Source of the DNA: an uncultured Acidobacteriota bacterium
Lineage (GTDB): Bacteria; Acidobacteriota; Thermoanaerobaculia; Multivoradales; JAHEKO01
Length of the DNA: 64,000 nt
Direction of reading: 5' to 3'
Assembly (NCBI GenBank): GCA_963713825.1
Contig: CAVQNG010000003.1
Location: 1,248,001 to 1,312,000 of the forward strand
Part shown: positions 1 to 9,193 of the stretch, piece after piece
Numbering within the stretch: the stretch's first letter is position 1
How the letters are laid out: each line of letters starts with the position of its first letter
Notes under the pieces: model-generated
Seen by the model: only the letters and a program-made list of their open reading frames with translations
Database searches by the model: none
What the model was told of the DNA's origin: nothing
Position numbers and translations under genes: made by a program

Positions 1-1334
1 GGCCATCCCTCCCAACTCGGTCTCGCGAGTTGTGGATCCTCTTGATAGACGAGCCTGCCCTCGGGTGGTTTGAGGTGACGAGCCAGGAACTGCTTGGCAA
101 GCAGGCTGGTAGGTGGAACGACGGCGCAGTAGGTGTAGGAAATACCTGGCGATCCAGCCAAGACCACCACTGCGGCGCAGGCCAGAAGTGCGAAGATCGG
201 TCGTTGCAGGAGGTCCGAGGTTTCCGTTGCCCGTGTCCAGGCCGACACCAGAACCCACCCGGTCGCCAGGAATACAAATGGCAGCAAGACCAGGAAATTG
301 TTTCTCTTCAAGTAGGCAGTCGTCAGAACATAGGCGGTCACATAGACGACGGGAAAAGTGAGGAACATCAATCGGGCAAGCCATTCGGACTCGACAGCGC
401 GGTGACGCCAAAGCCAGACAAGAAGCCCGAGGAGTCCGAGAATTCCGAGGCCCGTGAGCCAAGGGCTCTGAACGGTGGGTTCAAGCAGGAACTCTACGGT
501 ACGCCATGGAACCGATAGCTGAGTCTGGCCTTTGGCCTCGGCTTGGATTGCGTAAAGGCGTCGGAGATTGACGAGCCATTCTGGATAGTGGCGCCAGTAG
601 GGGTTGGTCAGGGCGAAGGAGAGCGCCGACGACAGGCCGGCAACGCCAAGCAAGAGGAGATCGCGGTGACGCCGCCGTCCCATGATGAGAGCGGCCACAA
701 CCAGGGGCATGGCGACCATCACGCCGATCGCTTTGCTACTGGCAGCCAGGGTGACACCAAGTCCGGCCAGCGCATATCGAGCGATGGTTGGCCTCTCGAC
801 TGCGCGCAACGCGAGCAGAAAAGCCAGCAGCGTCATGCACAGCAGTTGTGAGTCCGGTTTGAAGTAACCCGAGGAGTGAATGGCTTGCGGCGAGAATGCG
901 ACGAGCAGTGCACCGACCAGTCCGACACCAGAGGAGAAGATCCTCTTGCCGATGAGGAAGGTCAGGAGGATTGCGATCGTGCCGTAGAAAATGGGACCGG
1001 CCCGGCAGAGAAAGAGGGCGCGAGGGGTAACTGTGCCGTCTGGGGTGACAGCCGTCCAAGGCTCATCCTCTGTCGAGCTCGACAGCTTCTCTGCGGCTGC
1101 GATGAGTGCCGCAGGTGGCACATTGAAGAGTGGGTACGGGTAGTAGGACTTGACCGGTGCCAGGGTGCCGGTTTCCAGGATGGACTGGACGTTGGGCCAG
1201 CTGTGCTGCTCGTCTTCGAATCGACTCAGGCGCAGTCCGAAGCCGCCGTACCAGAGGCGCAGCGCTAGGCCAGCGGCGAGAATCAGGCCAAGGGCGATTC
1301 TCGTCGCGGCCGACCGAGCATTGTTCGTGCCCAT
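1..1334 (-). CDS. ArnT/PMT-like (GT39/GT83, GT-C fold) membrane glycosyltransferase, 3' end runs off the window
   Basis: Not in the ORF track. Manual translation from ATG at 1334: MGTNNARSAATRIALGLILAAGLALRLWYGG...FEDE (acidic pair after TM1)...AFSPQAIHSSGYFKPDSQ...LAASSKAIG; many TM helices; frame open to the left edge. Confidence 0.75.
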   Translation of the reverse strand, partial: MGTNNARSAATRIALGLILAAGLALRLWYGGFGLRLSRFEDEQHSWPNVQSILETGTLAPVKSYYPYPLFNVPPAALIAAAEKLSSSTEDEPWTAVTPDGTVTPRALFLCRAGPIFYGTIAILLTFLIGKRIFSSGVGLVGALLVAFSPQAIHSSGYFKPDSQLLCMTLLAFLLALRAVERPTIARYALAGLGVTLAASSKAIGVMVAMPLVVAALIMGRRRHRDLLLLGVAGLSSALSFALTNPYWRHYPEWLVNLRRLYAIQAEAKGQTQLSVPWRTVEFLLEPTVQSPWLTGLGILGLLGLLVWLWRHRAVESEWLARLMFLTFPVVYVTAYVLTTAYLKRNNFLVLLPFVFLATGWVLVSAWTRATETSDLLQRPIFALLACAAVVVLAGSPGISYTYCAVVPPTSLLAKQFLARHLKPPEGRLVYQEDPQLARPSWEGW

Positions 1335-1452
1335 CGTCTTAGACACCCGATTCGATGCAACTGGGCTAATCGTATCCGCTTTGGGGAGAGTGTGGTCCGA
1401 GCGGGCCGTATACTACGAGCCGGGAAACGCCATCCTGATGGAGACCAAGACG

Positions 1453-1908
1453 ATGCGCCGCAATGCCAGTCTCGTGTTCATTGCTTGCTTTCTGCTGTCG
1501 AGTGTCGCCGGCCTGGCGGCAGAGCCATCCAGCGATGCAGAGCAAGTCAAGACGACGCTCAATGCCATGTGGGAGGCCATCGAGCGCGGCGATGCTGAAG
1601 CCTACGCGCAATACGTGCACCCTGATTTCACGCAGTTTGGAGAAGGGGATGTGTATCTGACCCAGGGAAAGCAAAACGAGGTCGAGTCCATTCGGGACTA
1701 TGTGCGGCGCGCCACAGACGTGCACACCGAGATGCACCAACCGATCGTGACGGTACGTGGTGACGTCGCCTGGATCGTCTACTACTGGACCGACGCAGGA
1801 GTCGTCGGGGGTGACCGCTTCACCAGTCGTGGCAAATCCACCCGTATCTTTGTGAAAGAGAATGGTCGGTGGCTATGCATTCATGGTCACTACACGGCTG
1901 TTCCTTGA
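1453..1908 (+). CDS. Secreted NTF2/SnoaL-like (DUF4440-type) protein
   Basis: GGAG RBS at 1440-1443, signal peptide, AIERGDAEAY...HPDF, C-terminal TRIFVKENGRWLCIHGHY typical of the NTF2 fold. Confidence 0.8.
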   Translation: MRRNASLVFIACFLLSSVAGLAAEPSSDAEQVKTTLNAMWEAIERGDAEAYAQYVHPDFTQFGEGDVYLTQGKQNEVESIRDYVRRATDVHTEMHQPIVTVRGDVAWIVYYWTDAGVVGGDRFTSRGKSTRIFVKENGRWLCIHGHYTAVP

Positions 1909-1939
1909 AGCGTCGAGGAACTGAAAAGGAGACTCGCTC

Positions 1940-2101
1940 ATGGAGCTTTTTCTAGGCATTCCGATCTGGCTTCTCTTTGGGATTCTCGGGGCTTGGATCG
2001 CTACCACCAAGGGGCGCTCCGGCTGTGGCTGGTTCCTGCTGTGCTCGATCCTCGGGCCCTTCGGTCTCATTCTCGCGGCGGTAGTCTCCAAGAAGAGTTG
2101 A
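1940..2101 (+). CDS. Small 53-aa two-helix membrane protein
   Basis: Below the ORF-track cutoff. AAGGAG RBS, MELFLGIPIWLLFGILGAWIATTKGRSGCGWFLLCSILGPFGLILAAVVSKKS, fills the intergenic gap. Confidence 0.75.
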   Translation: MELFLGIPIWLLFGILGAWIATTKGRSGCGWFLLCSILGPFGLILAAVVSKKS

Positions 2102-2141
2102 GCCCCGACCCCGCCGCTTGAATTCTACTGGCGACCCCTCG

Positions 2142-3803
2142 ATGACTCGGCACAAGCTCTCGCTGGCCCAGCAGACTGCCTTGTTGGCCGCCCTCGCAGG
2201 CGCCGCTCTCGGGATATGGCTCGTCTATCTCATGCCATACGGTCTCTTCTCCGGCGACGAAGGCGTCAAGCTGGTGCAGAGCCTCTCCCTGCTGGAGAGC
2301 GACTGGCAGAGCTTGGCGATCCCCTACCCTGGTGCCGATCTCGATCCCGGAGAGGAGCACCTGCCGTTGCAGCCACCCTTCGTCTGGCAGCACGAGAACG
2401 CCTGGTATGGCATCTACTCTTTGGTCTATACGTCTGTCACGGCGTTGGCCTGGAAGGTGGGAGGCCTTCGAGCCGTCTTCCTTTGGTCCTGGCTCGGCGC
2501 GGCGACTGCCCTGGTTTCGCTCGCTTGGCTCGCGAACCGCGCCGTGGGGCCGAGATGGGCTGCGGGAGTTGTGGCGGCGACGGCGCTAGCGAGCCCACTG
2601 CTACTGTACGGGACCCTGAATTTCGAGCACACCTGGGCCTGCGCTGCGGCGCTGGCCTGCATCGGGCTGTTGGGTCGGCCCGGGTCGACGAGCCGATCAT
2701 GGTTCGCCGCGGGCGCTCTGCTTGGTCTAGGAGCAACCGTGCGCCCCGAGCTCTATGCGTTCAGCGTCGGCGTGACCGCTTTCTCGCTGGTTCTTTGGGG
2801 ATGGCACTGGGAAACTCTGCGCCGCCTGGTTGTCGTCGGAGCCGGCACCGTGCTCGTCACCGGAATCGACCTGGTTTCGAAAGCGATCTTGTTCGGCAGC
2901 TTCCATCCGAACCTGCAGGCGAGCGGCTTGCCGTCGACCACCTATGCCATCAATTTCACCCGACTCGTTCCTCTCGATATCCAGGAATCTGGACTGTTGG
3001 CACTCGCAGCCGCACTGCTGGTCGGCTGGCTGCCGGCGATGGGGAAGGCCTCCCGCATCGCGAAATGGCTCGCCGGAGTGGTGCTCGCCCTCGTCTTCTC
3101 ACGGCTCGCCTGGCTGGCTCTCGCGGCGGTAACGCCTTCGATGTTCGGCGATACGCGGACGGTCGTCGGCCTGTTCGCAGCGACGCCGCTGGCCCTGGTC
3201 GGGCTTCTTCGAGGCTGCAGGAAGGATCCGACGACGGGAGGCTCGAAGTTGGGCGCCGCTTGTGGTGCAGCCGCAATCGGATTCAGTGGCGCCGTCGTAG
3301 CGATACGAATTCCCGGTTTTATCGGAGGGCTGGAGTTGGGCTCGCGCTATCTACTGCCGGCGGTACCTTTCCTCTTGATCGCCGGTGCAGACTACCTACG
3401 AGGTCTGGAGGGCAGGACGTATCGGTGGGTGGCCATGGCGGCCTGCCTACCGTTGGTCGCTCTATCTCTGCAGGCGACTGTCGTCAACGGTATGAGTACC
3501 TACCTGATACGCCAGCACACTTCGCGACTCCTCTCAGGCGTCGAGGAGGCCGGTGTCGTCGACGTCGTAACGCGGCACTTCTGGATTCCGCATCTGCTGG
3601 CGCCGCTCTATTTCGAGAGGCGGATCTACCTGAACCCGAACGACGAGCTCTTGCGAAGGATGATGGAGAAGGGACGCCGCCGAGTGGTGGGTGTGGACCT
3701 CATGGTCGGGATCTACTCTGGCGATCGCGTCAAGGTGACCAGAGATCGGGTCCTTTTCAAGCCGGGTCATGTCATGAGCTATCGGCTCGGTCCACCCGAC
3801 TAG
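2142..3803 (+). CDS. Polytopic membrane protein, putative GT-C-fold glycosyltransferase
   Basis: About 12 hydrophobic helices, FSGDEGVK acidic motif in the first loop, FEHT, RPE and GSRYLLP motifs. Confidence 0.6.
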   Translation: MTRHKLSLAQQTALLAALAGAALGIWLVYLMPYGLFSGDEGVKLVQSLSLLESDWQSLAIPYPGADLDPGEEHLPLQPPFVWQHENAWYGIYSLVYTSVTALAWKVGGLRAVFLWSWLGAATALVSLAWLANRAVGPRWAAGVVAATALASPLLLYGTLNFEHTWACAAALACIGLLGRPGSTSRSWFAAGALLGLGATVRPELYAFSVGVTAFSLVLWGWHWETLRRLVVVGAGTVLVTGIDLVSKAILFGSFHPNLQASGLPSTTYAINFTRLVPLDIQESGLLALAAALLVGWLPAMGKASRIAKWLAGVVLALVFSRLAWLALAAVTPSMFGDTRTVVGLFAATPLALVGLLRGCRKDPTTGGSKLGAACGAAAIGFSGAVVAIRIPGFIGGLELGSRYLLPAVPFLLIAGADYLRGLEGRTYRWVAMAACLPLVALSLQATVVNGMSTYLIRQHTSRLLSGVEEAGVVDVVTRHFWIPHLLAPLYFERRIYLNPNDELLRRMMEKGRRRVVGVDLMVGIYSGDRVKVTRDRVLFKPGHVMSYRLGPPD

Positions 3804-5260
3804 TGCCGACCACCCTTTTCGTCCACATAACCGAGGGCGCGTAGCTCGTCGAGAGTCTCTTCGTCGACCTCTTCGATCGAAGGCTGCGCTAGGCTGGGCG
3901 CAGTGGCGAGGAATGCATCCAGCTGATCTGCCAACTCCCGGGCCTTTACGGGTTCTTCGCCTAGAAGATTGCGTTGCTCGCCGGGGTCGCTCGAGAGGTC
4001 GAAGAGCCGATCTTTGCGCGAATTTCCGAGATCGCGAATGTACTTCCATGAGCCCTGCCGAATCGCTCGGAGGCCGGGCTCGGCTCTCGACACCGCGAGG
4101 TAGATGGGGGCTCGCTCGAGACTGCTGTCGTCGATCAGGGGTAAGAGACTCTCGCCCTGAGACATGGGAGGCAGGTGGAGCCCGAGAAGATCGAGGATCG
4201 TTGGCGTCACGTCGATCAGACTGACGGGCTGGCGGACGATGCCACCCGCGTGAGCCGCTCCAGGCAAGCGCAGGATCAAGGGAACCCTCACCTGCTCCTC
4301 GTGAAGATCCTGGCCATGTCCCAGATTTCCATGTTCGTAGAACTCCTCGCCATGGTCTGCCGTCACTACGATCAGGGCATTTGCGTCCAGGTCGAGGGTC
4401 TCGAACGCCTGTCGGATCTGCTCGTCGGTGTAGCTGATCTCGGCGTCGTAGGCGGCCTTCGCAATGCGCAACTCCTTCTTGAGTCGCCTTGGATTGCGGC
4501 GCCTGCCGTCGGGTGAGTTGAGCCAGTACAGACGTCGGATGTCGACGGGGTCGTCCTCGGAGAATTCGCCGGCCAGAGCCGGAACCGGATTCTCGAACCA
4601 GGGTTCCCGGGGGTAGTAAGGGTCGTGGGGATCGAAGTAGTGGATCCAGAGGAAGTAGGGCTGGCCGCCGGAGCGAAGCTCCTCGCTCCAGGTCTCGAGA
4701 ACAGGTGCGATGCGGTCGGCGTTGGCGAAGCCGAGATTCTCGTAATGCTCGAAGCCCTGGGCGAAGCCGAACCTGGGTGCCAGATGGAGGTTCGCTGAAA
4801 CGCCGTAGGTTCTGTATCCAGCCGCACGTAGGATCTCTGCCAATAGAAGGTAGCTGTCGTCCAGAACCTCCTGGCCTACAATGCGATTCTTTTCGATCAA
4901 GCCGCGCTGGACGCCGTGATGGTCGGGATCGAGGGAGGTGAACAGAGAGGCCATGCTGGGAACGGTCCAGCTTGATGGGCTGTACGAAGTGGTGCAACGC
5001 ACCCCTTGATCGGCTAGGGCATCGAGGAAAGGGGTTGTCTGCCGGTCGTAGCCATAGGCGCTCACCCGGTCGCTCCGCAGGGTATCGATGGTGATAAGGA
5101 CGATGTTCGGTCTCGGCGGCGGTTCTTCTACGGGCCGACAGCCAAGAGTCTGTGCAAGCAGCAGGAAGGTGAGTGGGATGAGCGCCAGGCGCCCGGATCC
5201 TGTGGAGACCCGGCTGCGGGATCGGGTCCGCGTCGAGGTGGAGCTGAAGTTGCATCGCAT
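3800..5260 (-). CDS. Sulfatase-like (alkaline phosphatase superfamily) lipoprotein with Thr-type signature
   Basis: PNIVLITIDTLRSD, SSWTVPSMASLFTS, HYFDPHDPY, TADHGE, C-terminal LRALGY; lipobox-like TLGC; start uncertain. Confidence 0.85.
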   Translation of the reverse strand: MRCNFSSTSTRTRSRSRVSTGSGRLALIPLTFLLLAQTLGCRPVEEPPPRPNIVLITIDTLRSDRVSAYGYDRQTTPFLDALADQGVRCTTSYSPSSWTVPSMASLFTSLDPDHHGVQRGLIEKNRIVGQEVLDDSYLLLAEILRAAGYRTYGVSANLHLAPRFGFAQGFEHYENLGFANADRIAPVLETWSEELRSGGQPYFLWIHYFDPHDPYYPREPWFENPVPALAGEFSEDDPVDIRRLYWLNSPDGRRRNPRRLKKELRIAKAAYDAEISYTDEQIRQAFETLDLDANALIVVTADHGEEFYEHGNLGHGQDLHEEQVRVPLILRLPGAAHAGGIVRQPVSLIDVTPTILDLLGLHLPPMSQGESLLPLIDDSSLERAPIYLAVSRAEPGLRAIRQGSWKYIRDLGNSRKDRLFDLSSDPGEQRNLLGEEPVKARELADQLDAFLATAPSLAQPSIEEVDEETLDELRALGYVDEKGGRH

Positions 5261-5370
5261 CGGTTGAGCTGCGCTGAACGACGGGCGGAAGGCTAACACA
5301 CCGTAGGGTCGACGAGGTCAGAGAAGGGATGTAGGCTTGCCTTTTGAATGCTTCCGGGGGAATTCCGACC

Positions 5371-7536
5371 ATGCACAGCAAATACCAATGTGTGGCCCTG
5401 CTCGCCGTGATGGCCGTGGTAGCTGCCGTCGTGAGCTGCGGGGAGAGATCGACAGAGATGACCGATTCGACAGCAACAGCAGGTACGGACAGTGTCTTGT
5501 TGGCGGAGTGGGTGGGACCCTATGGAGGGGTTCCCGCCTTCGATCAGGTGGACCTGGCCGACATGAAGCCAGCCCTCGAGGCCGGCATGGCGATGCATCT
5601 CGAAGAGATCGACGCCATCGCCAACAACCCCGAGCCGCCGACGTTCGAGAACACGATTGTCGCGTTGGAGGATGCAGGGCGTGACCTGGACCGGGCTCAG
5701 GTCTACTACCGAATCTGGAGCGGCAACGTCTCGAGCCCGGAGTTCCGGGAGATTCAACAGGAAATGGCCCCGAAGCTGGCGGAGTTTCGCACGAAGATCA
5801 GGCAGAACAAGGCACTCTTCGAACGCATCAAGTCCGTCTACGAGGGCGAGGAGATGGAATCTCTACGGCCCGATCAACAGCGCCTCGTGTGGCTCGTCTA
5901 CGACGGCTTCGCCCGCAACGGAGCGACGCTCGAAGGTGAGGCCAAGCAGCGCTATGCAGCGATCACTCAGCGCCTCGCGGAGCTGTATACGAAGTTCTCG
6001 AATAACGTCCTCGCCGATGAAGAGGGCTACGTCACCTACCTCACTGAGGACCAGCTGAGTGGACTGCCGGACTCCCTGGTCAAGGCGGCGGCCGCCGCCG
6101 CAACCGAGCGCGGCCATGAGGGCGAGTACGCCATCACCAACACCCGATCCTCCATGGACCCTTTTCTGACCTACTCGAAAGAGCGTGATCTTCGCGAGAA
6201 GATCTGGCGGACCTACTATTCCCGTGGGGACAACGGAGACGAGCACGACAACAATGCCCTGATTCCCGAGATCCTCGCGCTGCGCAACGAGCGCGTACAG
6301 CTCCTCGGCTATGACAACTACGCCCAGTGGCGGCTCGAAGACCGTATGGCCAAGACGCCGGAGGGCGCCTTCGGGCTGATGGAAACGGTCTGGCCCGCGG
6401 CAGTGGCTCGGGCGCAGGAAGAGGTCGCCGACATGCAGGCGATCGCCGATGCCGAGGGAGCCGGCATCCAGATCGAGCCCTGGGACTACCGCTACTATGC
6501 GGAGAAGGTCCGCCAGGCGAAATACGACCTCGACTCGGAGGAGGTCAAACAGTACCTGCAGCTCGAGAACCTCCGCGAAGCCATGTTCTTCATGGCTGGG
6601 GAGGTGTTCAATTTCGCCTTCGAGGCGGTGCCGGAAGGCTCGGTGCCGGTCTTCCAAGAAGACGTGCGTGTGTGGGAGGTCACGGACAGGACCTCGGGTG
6701 ACCATGTCGGACTGTGGTATCTCGATCCCTATGCGCGTACAGGCAAGCGGTCTGGAGCCTGGGCCACGACCTATCGCACCCACGAGAACATCGACGGTGA
6801 GATCACGGTGCTGGGCTCGAACAACTCGAACTTCATCAAGGGCGCGCCTGGAGAGCCGGTGCTGATCTCGTGGGACGATGCCACGACCTTGTTCCACGAG
6901 TTCGGGCACGCATTGCACTATCTATCGTCGACGGTCGACTATCCGACGCTCAACGGCGGCGTCAGGGACTACACTGAGTTTCAGTCCCAGATTCTCGAGC
7001 GCTGGTTGGCGACCGACCCCATCATCGATACCTACTTGATCCATGTCGAGACGGGCGAACCGATGCCCGAGGAGCTTGTGGCGAAGATCAAGAATGCCGC
7101 GAAATTCAATCAGGGTTTCTCGACGACGGAATATCTGGCCTCCGCGATCATGGACATGAAGTACCACACCATGGATCCAACGGGTCTGGATGTGGATGCG
7201 TTCGAAAAGGCGACGCTGGCAGAGATGAACATGCCGGACGAGATCGTCATGCGACACCGTAGCCCGCATTTCGGGCACATCTTCTCGGGCGAAGGCTACT
7301 CGGCCGGCTATTACGGTTACATGTGGGCCGACGTGCTGACGGCCGACGCCGCGGAGGCCTTCCGCGAAGCCCCGGGCGGCTTCTACGACAAGGAGCTCAC
7401 CAAGAAGATGGTCGAGCAGCTCTTCGCGGTGCGGAACTCCGTCGATCCGGCCGAGGCCTACAGGGCTTTTCGTGGGCGCGACGCGGAAGTGGGAGCTCTC
7501 ATGCGGGATCGTGGGTTCCCGGAGCCAGGGAAGTAG
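5371..7536 (+). CDS. dcp: M3A metallopeptidase (peptidyl-dipeptidase Dcp-like), lipoprotein
   Basis: HEFGH zinc motif, PTFENTI, GKRSGAW, HIFSGEGYSAGYYGY; lipobox VVSC. Confidence 0.9.
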   Translation: MHSKYQCVALLAVMAVVAAVVSCGERSTEMTDSTATAGTDSVLLAEWVGPYGGVPAFDQVDLADMKPALEAGMAMHLEEIDAIANNPEPPTFENTIVALEDAGRDLDRAQVYYRIWSGNVSSPEFREIQQEMAPKLAEFRTKIRQNKALFERIKSVYEGEEMESLRPDQQRLVWLVYDGFARNGATLEGEAKQRYAAITQRLAELYTKFSNNVLADEEGYVTYLTEDQLSGLPDSLVKAAAAAATERGHEGEYAITNTRSSMDPFLTYSKERDLREKIWRTYYSRGDNGDEHDNNALIPEILALRNERVQLLGYDNYAQWRLEDRMAKTPEGAFGLMETVWPAAVARAQEEVADMQAIADAEGAGIQIEPWDYRYYAEKVRQAKYDLDSEEVKQYLQLENLREAMFFMAGEVFNFAFEAVPEGSVPVFQEDVRVWEVTDRTSGDHVGLWYLDPYARTGKRSGAWATTYRTHENIDGEITVLGSNNSNFIKGAPGEPVLISWDDATTLFHEFGHALHYLSSTVDYPTLNGGVRDYTEFQSQILERWLATDPIIDTYLIHVETGEPMPEELVAKIKNAAKFNQGFSTTEYLASAIMDMKYHTMDPTGLDVDAFEKATLAEMNMPDEIVMRHRSPHFGHIFSGEGYSAGYYGYMWADVLTADAAEAFREAPGGFYDKELTKKMVEQLFAVRNSVDPAEAYRAFRGRDAEVGALMRDRGFPEPGK

Positions 7537-7630
7537 AGCCAGGAGTGGTGAGGTAGGCAGCCAGGTCCGTGTGAACCACTCCACTTTGGCAGGAGCTGTC
7601 GAGCGCTAACCTGCTGGTTGGGGTTAGCGC

Positions 7631-9085
7631 ATGAAGTCCGTCGGTTTCGCAGCACGTCTCGGTCTCTTGCTGGGCCTGCTCGGCAGCTTGGCTGCCGGCG
7701 CTAGATCCGCCGAGCTCATCTTCGAAGACAATCTCGGCACGGGTGATCTGTGGTCCTGGAACCTCTTCGTAGGTGGATCCCCAGCGGTGGGCGACTGTCC
7801 GAGCTCGTACGCTTTCCAAGGCTCCGTTTTCTATGTCGATCCGGTGGCCGGCGACGACGTGACGGGCGACGGCAGCGCTCCGAACCCCTGGGCTTCGATT
7901 CAGCACGTCGTGAGCTCGGAGGTCGACTGCAACGACAAGGACGGCAACCCGCGCAATCCCGGAGCACCCGTCAAGGGCGGTGACTCCATTGTGCTGATTG
8001 GAGCGACCGGCCACGACCCGAACCTCGAGATCACCGGTTGCTACAACTCAGCCTGGGTGACCATTCGGGCACAGACGCAGCACGAGCCCGAGCTCACCTC
8101 GGTTCACTTTCGGGGTAGCGGATACTGGCGTTTGGATGGACTGAGCTTCCTCAACGATGGGACCGGCATCATGGTCAGGGTCGACGATCATGGTACCCAG
8201 GGCCCGGCCCGTAACCTGCAGATCGTCAACAGTCACTTCACGTCGGGAGACCTTCCGACGATTCCAGATTGGTTCGATCATGTCTCCGACGGGATGCGCC
8301 TCTACAGCGATGAGGGACCCATCGTGGCACGCTGTAACGAGATGAGCCAGGTAGCGATGGGCTTCGTCGCAGGAGGAAGCCAGATCGACATCATCAACAA
8401 CACGGTCGAGTACTTCTCCCGTGATGGAATCGCCACAGGTGGCCATCGCAACCGCTTCATCGGCAACCGTATCTTCGACGCGGTGTCTCTCGGAGATGGC
8501 CATCACGACGACTTTTTCCAGAGTCACATGGGGGCCAATCCGGATGTCTCCTCGGATGTCGAGATCACGGGCAACGTCTTCATGAACCGCTACACCGGCG
8601 GACAGCCAGCCGGTACCTGGGGTCCTACCCAGTGCCTGAGCGGATTCGAAGACGGGCCCAAGGAGCGGCTACGGATCACCAACAATCTCTGCAAGGCAGA
8701 TCACTGGCACGGCATCACCTGGTACGACACCAACAACTCGGTCGTCGTCAATAACACCGTGGTCGGTGGATCGGACTTCCCAGGACTACCTGCCGGCTCC
8801 GATTCCTGGCCAACCCGAACCTGGATCAGCATCGAGGGCACCGGCAACGTGGTCCGCAACAACATCACAACCCGCAACCTCTCCGGCGGCGACCACAACC
8901 ATGAGATTCCCCCCGAATCGATCGATGACTACTTCATGAACTGGCTGGGGCTCGATCTCAGCCTGGCTGCTGGTTCGCCGGCCATCGATACGGGTAACCC
9001 CGATGGCGCCACCACCCACGACATCCTCGGCCTGCCGCGGGACGAGCAGCCCGATGTCGGGGCCTTCGAGTACGGCAACGAGTAG
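7631..9085 (+). CDS. Secreted right-handed parallel beta-helix protein with choice-of-anchor-Q-like C-terminus
   Basis: Signal peptide, FYVDP..GDD..GDGS..NPWASI start motif, repeated IxNN strands, LAAGSPAIDTG...PDVGAFEY end. Confidence 0.8.
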   Translation: MKSVGFAARLGLLLGLLGSLAAGARSAELIFEDNLGTGDLWSWNLFVGGSPAVGDCPSSYAFQGSVFYVDPVAGDDVTGDGSAPNPWASIQHVVSSEVDCNDKDGNPRNPGAPVKGGDSIVLIGATGHDPNLEITGCYNSAWVTIRAQTQHEPELTSVHFRGSGYWRLDGLSFLNDGTGIMVRVDDHGTQGPARNLQIVNSHFTSGDLPTIPDWFDHVSDGMRLYSDEGPIVARCNEMSQVAMGFVAGGSQIDIINNTVEYFSRDGIATGGHRNRFIGNRIFDAVSLGDGHHDDFFQSHMGANPDVSSDVEITGNVFMNRYTGGQPAGTWGPTQCLSGFEDGPKERLRITNNLCKADHWHGITWYDTNNSVVVNNTVVGGSDFPGLPAGSDSWPTRTWISIEGTGNVVRNNITTRNLSGGDHNHEIPPESIDDYFMNWLGLDLSLAAGSPAIDTGNPDGATTHDILGLPRDEQPDVGAFEYGNE

Positions 9086-9193
9086 AGCGACTCCCTGATT
9101 CCAACAGCTACTCTCTGAGACCTCCGGGGATACGGTGTCGGAAGGTCTGGAATCGGATATCGTGGGGCCCCTGGTTGCCGAGAGGAGGTTCGG

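Noticed and set aside
2216-5381. Long alternative-frame ORFs 2216-3844 (+) and 3534-5381 (-)
   Set aside because: Arg/Pro-rich shadow frames overlapping well-supported genes, as expected in high-GC DNA
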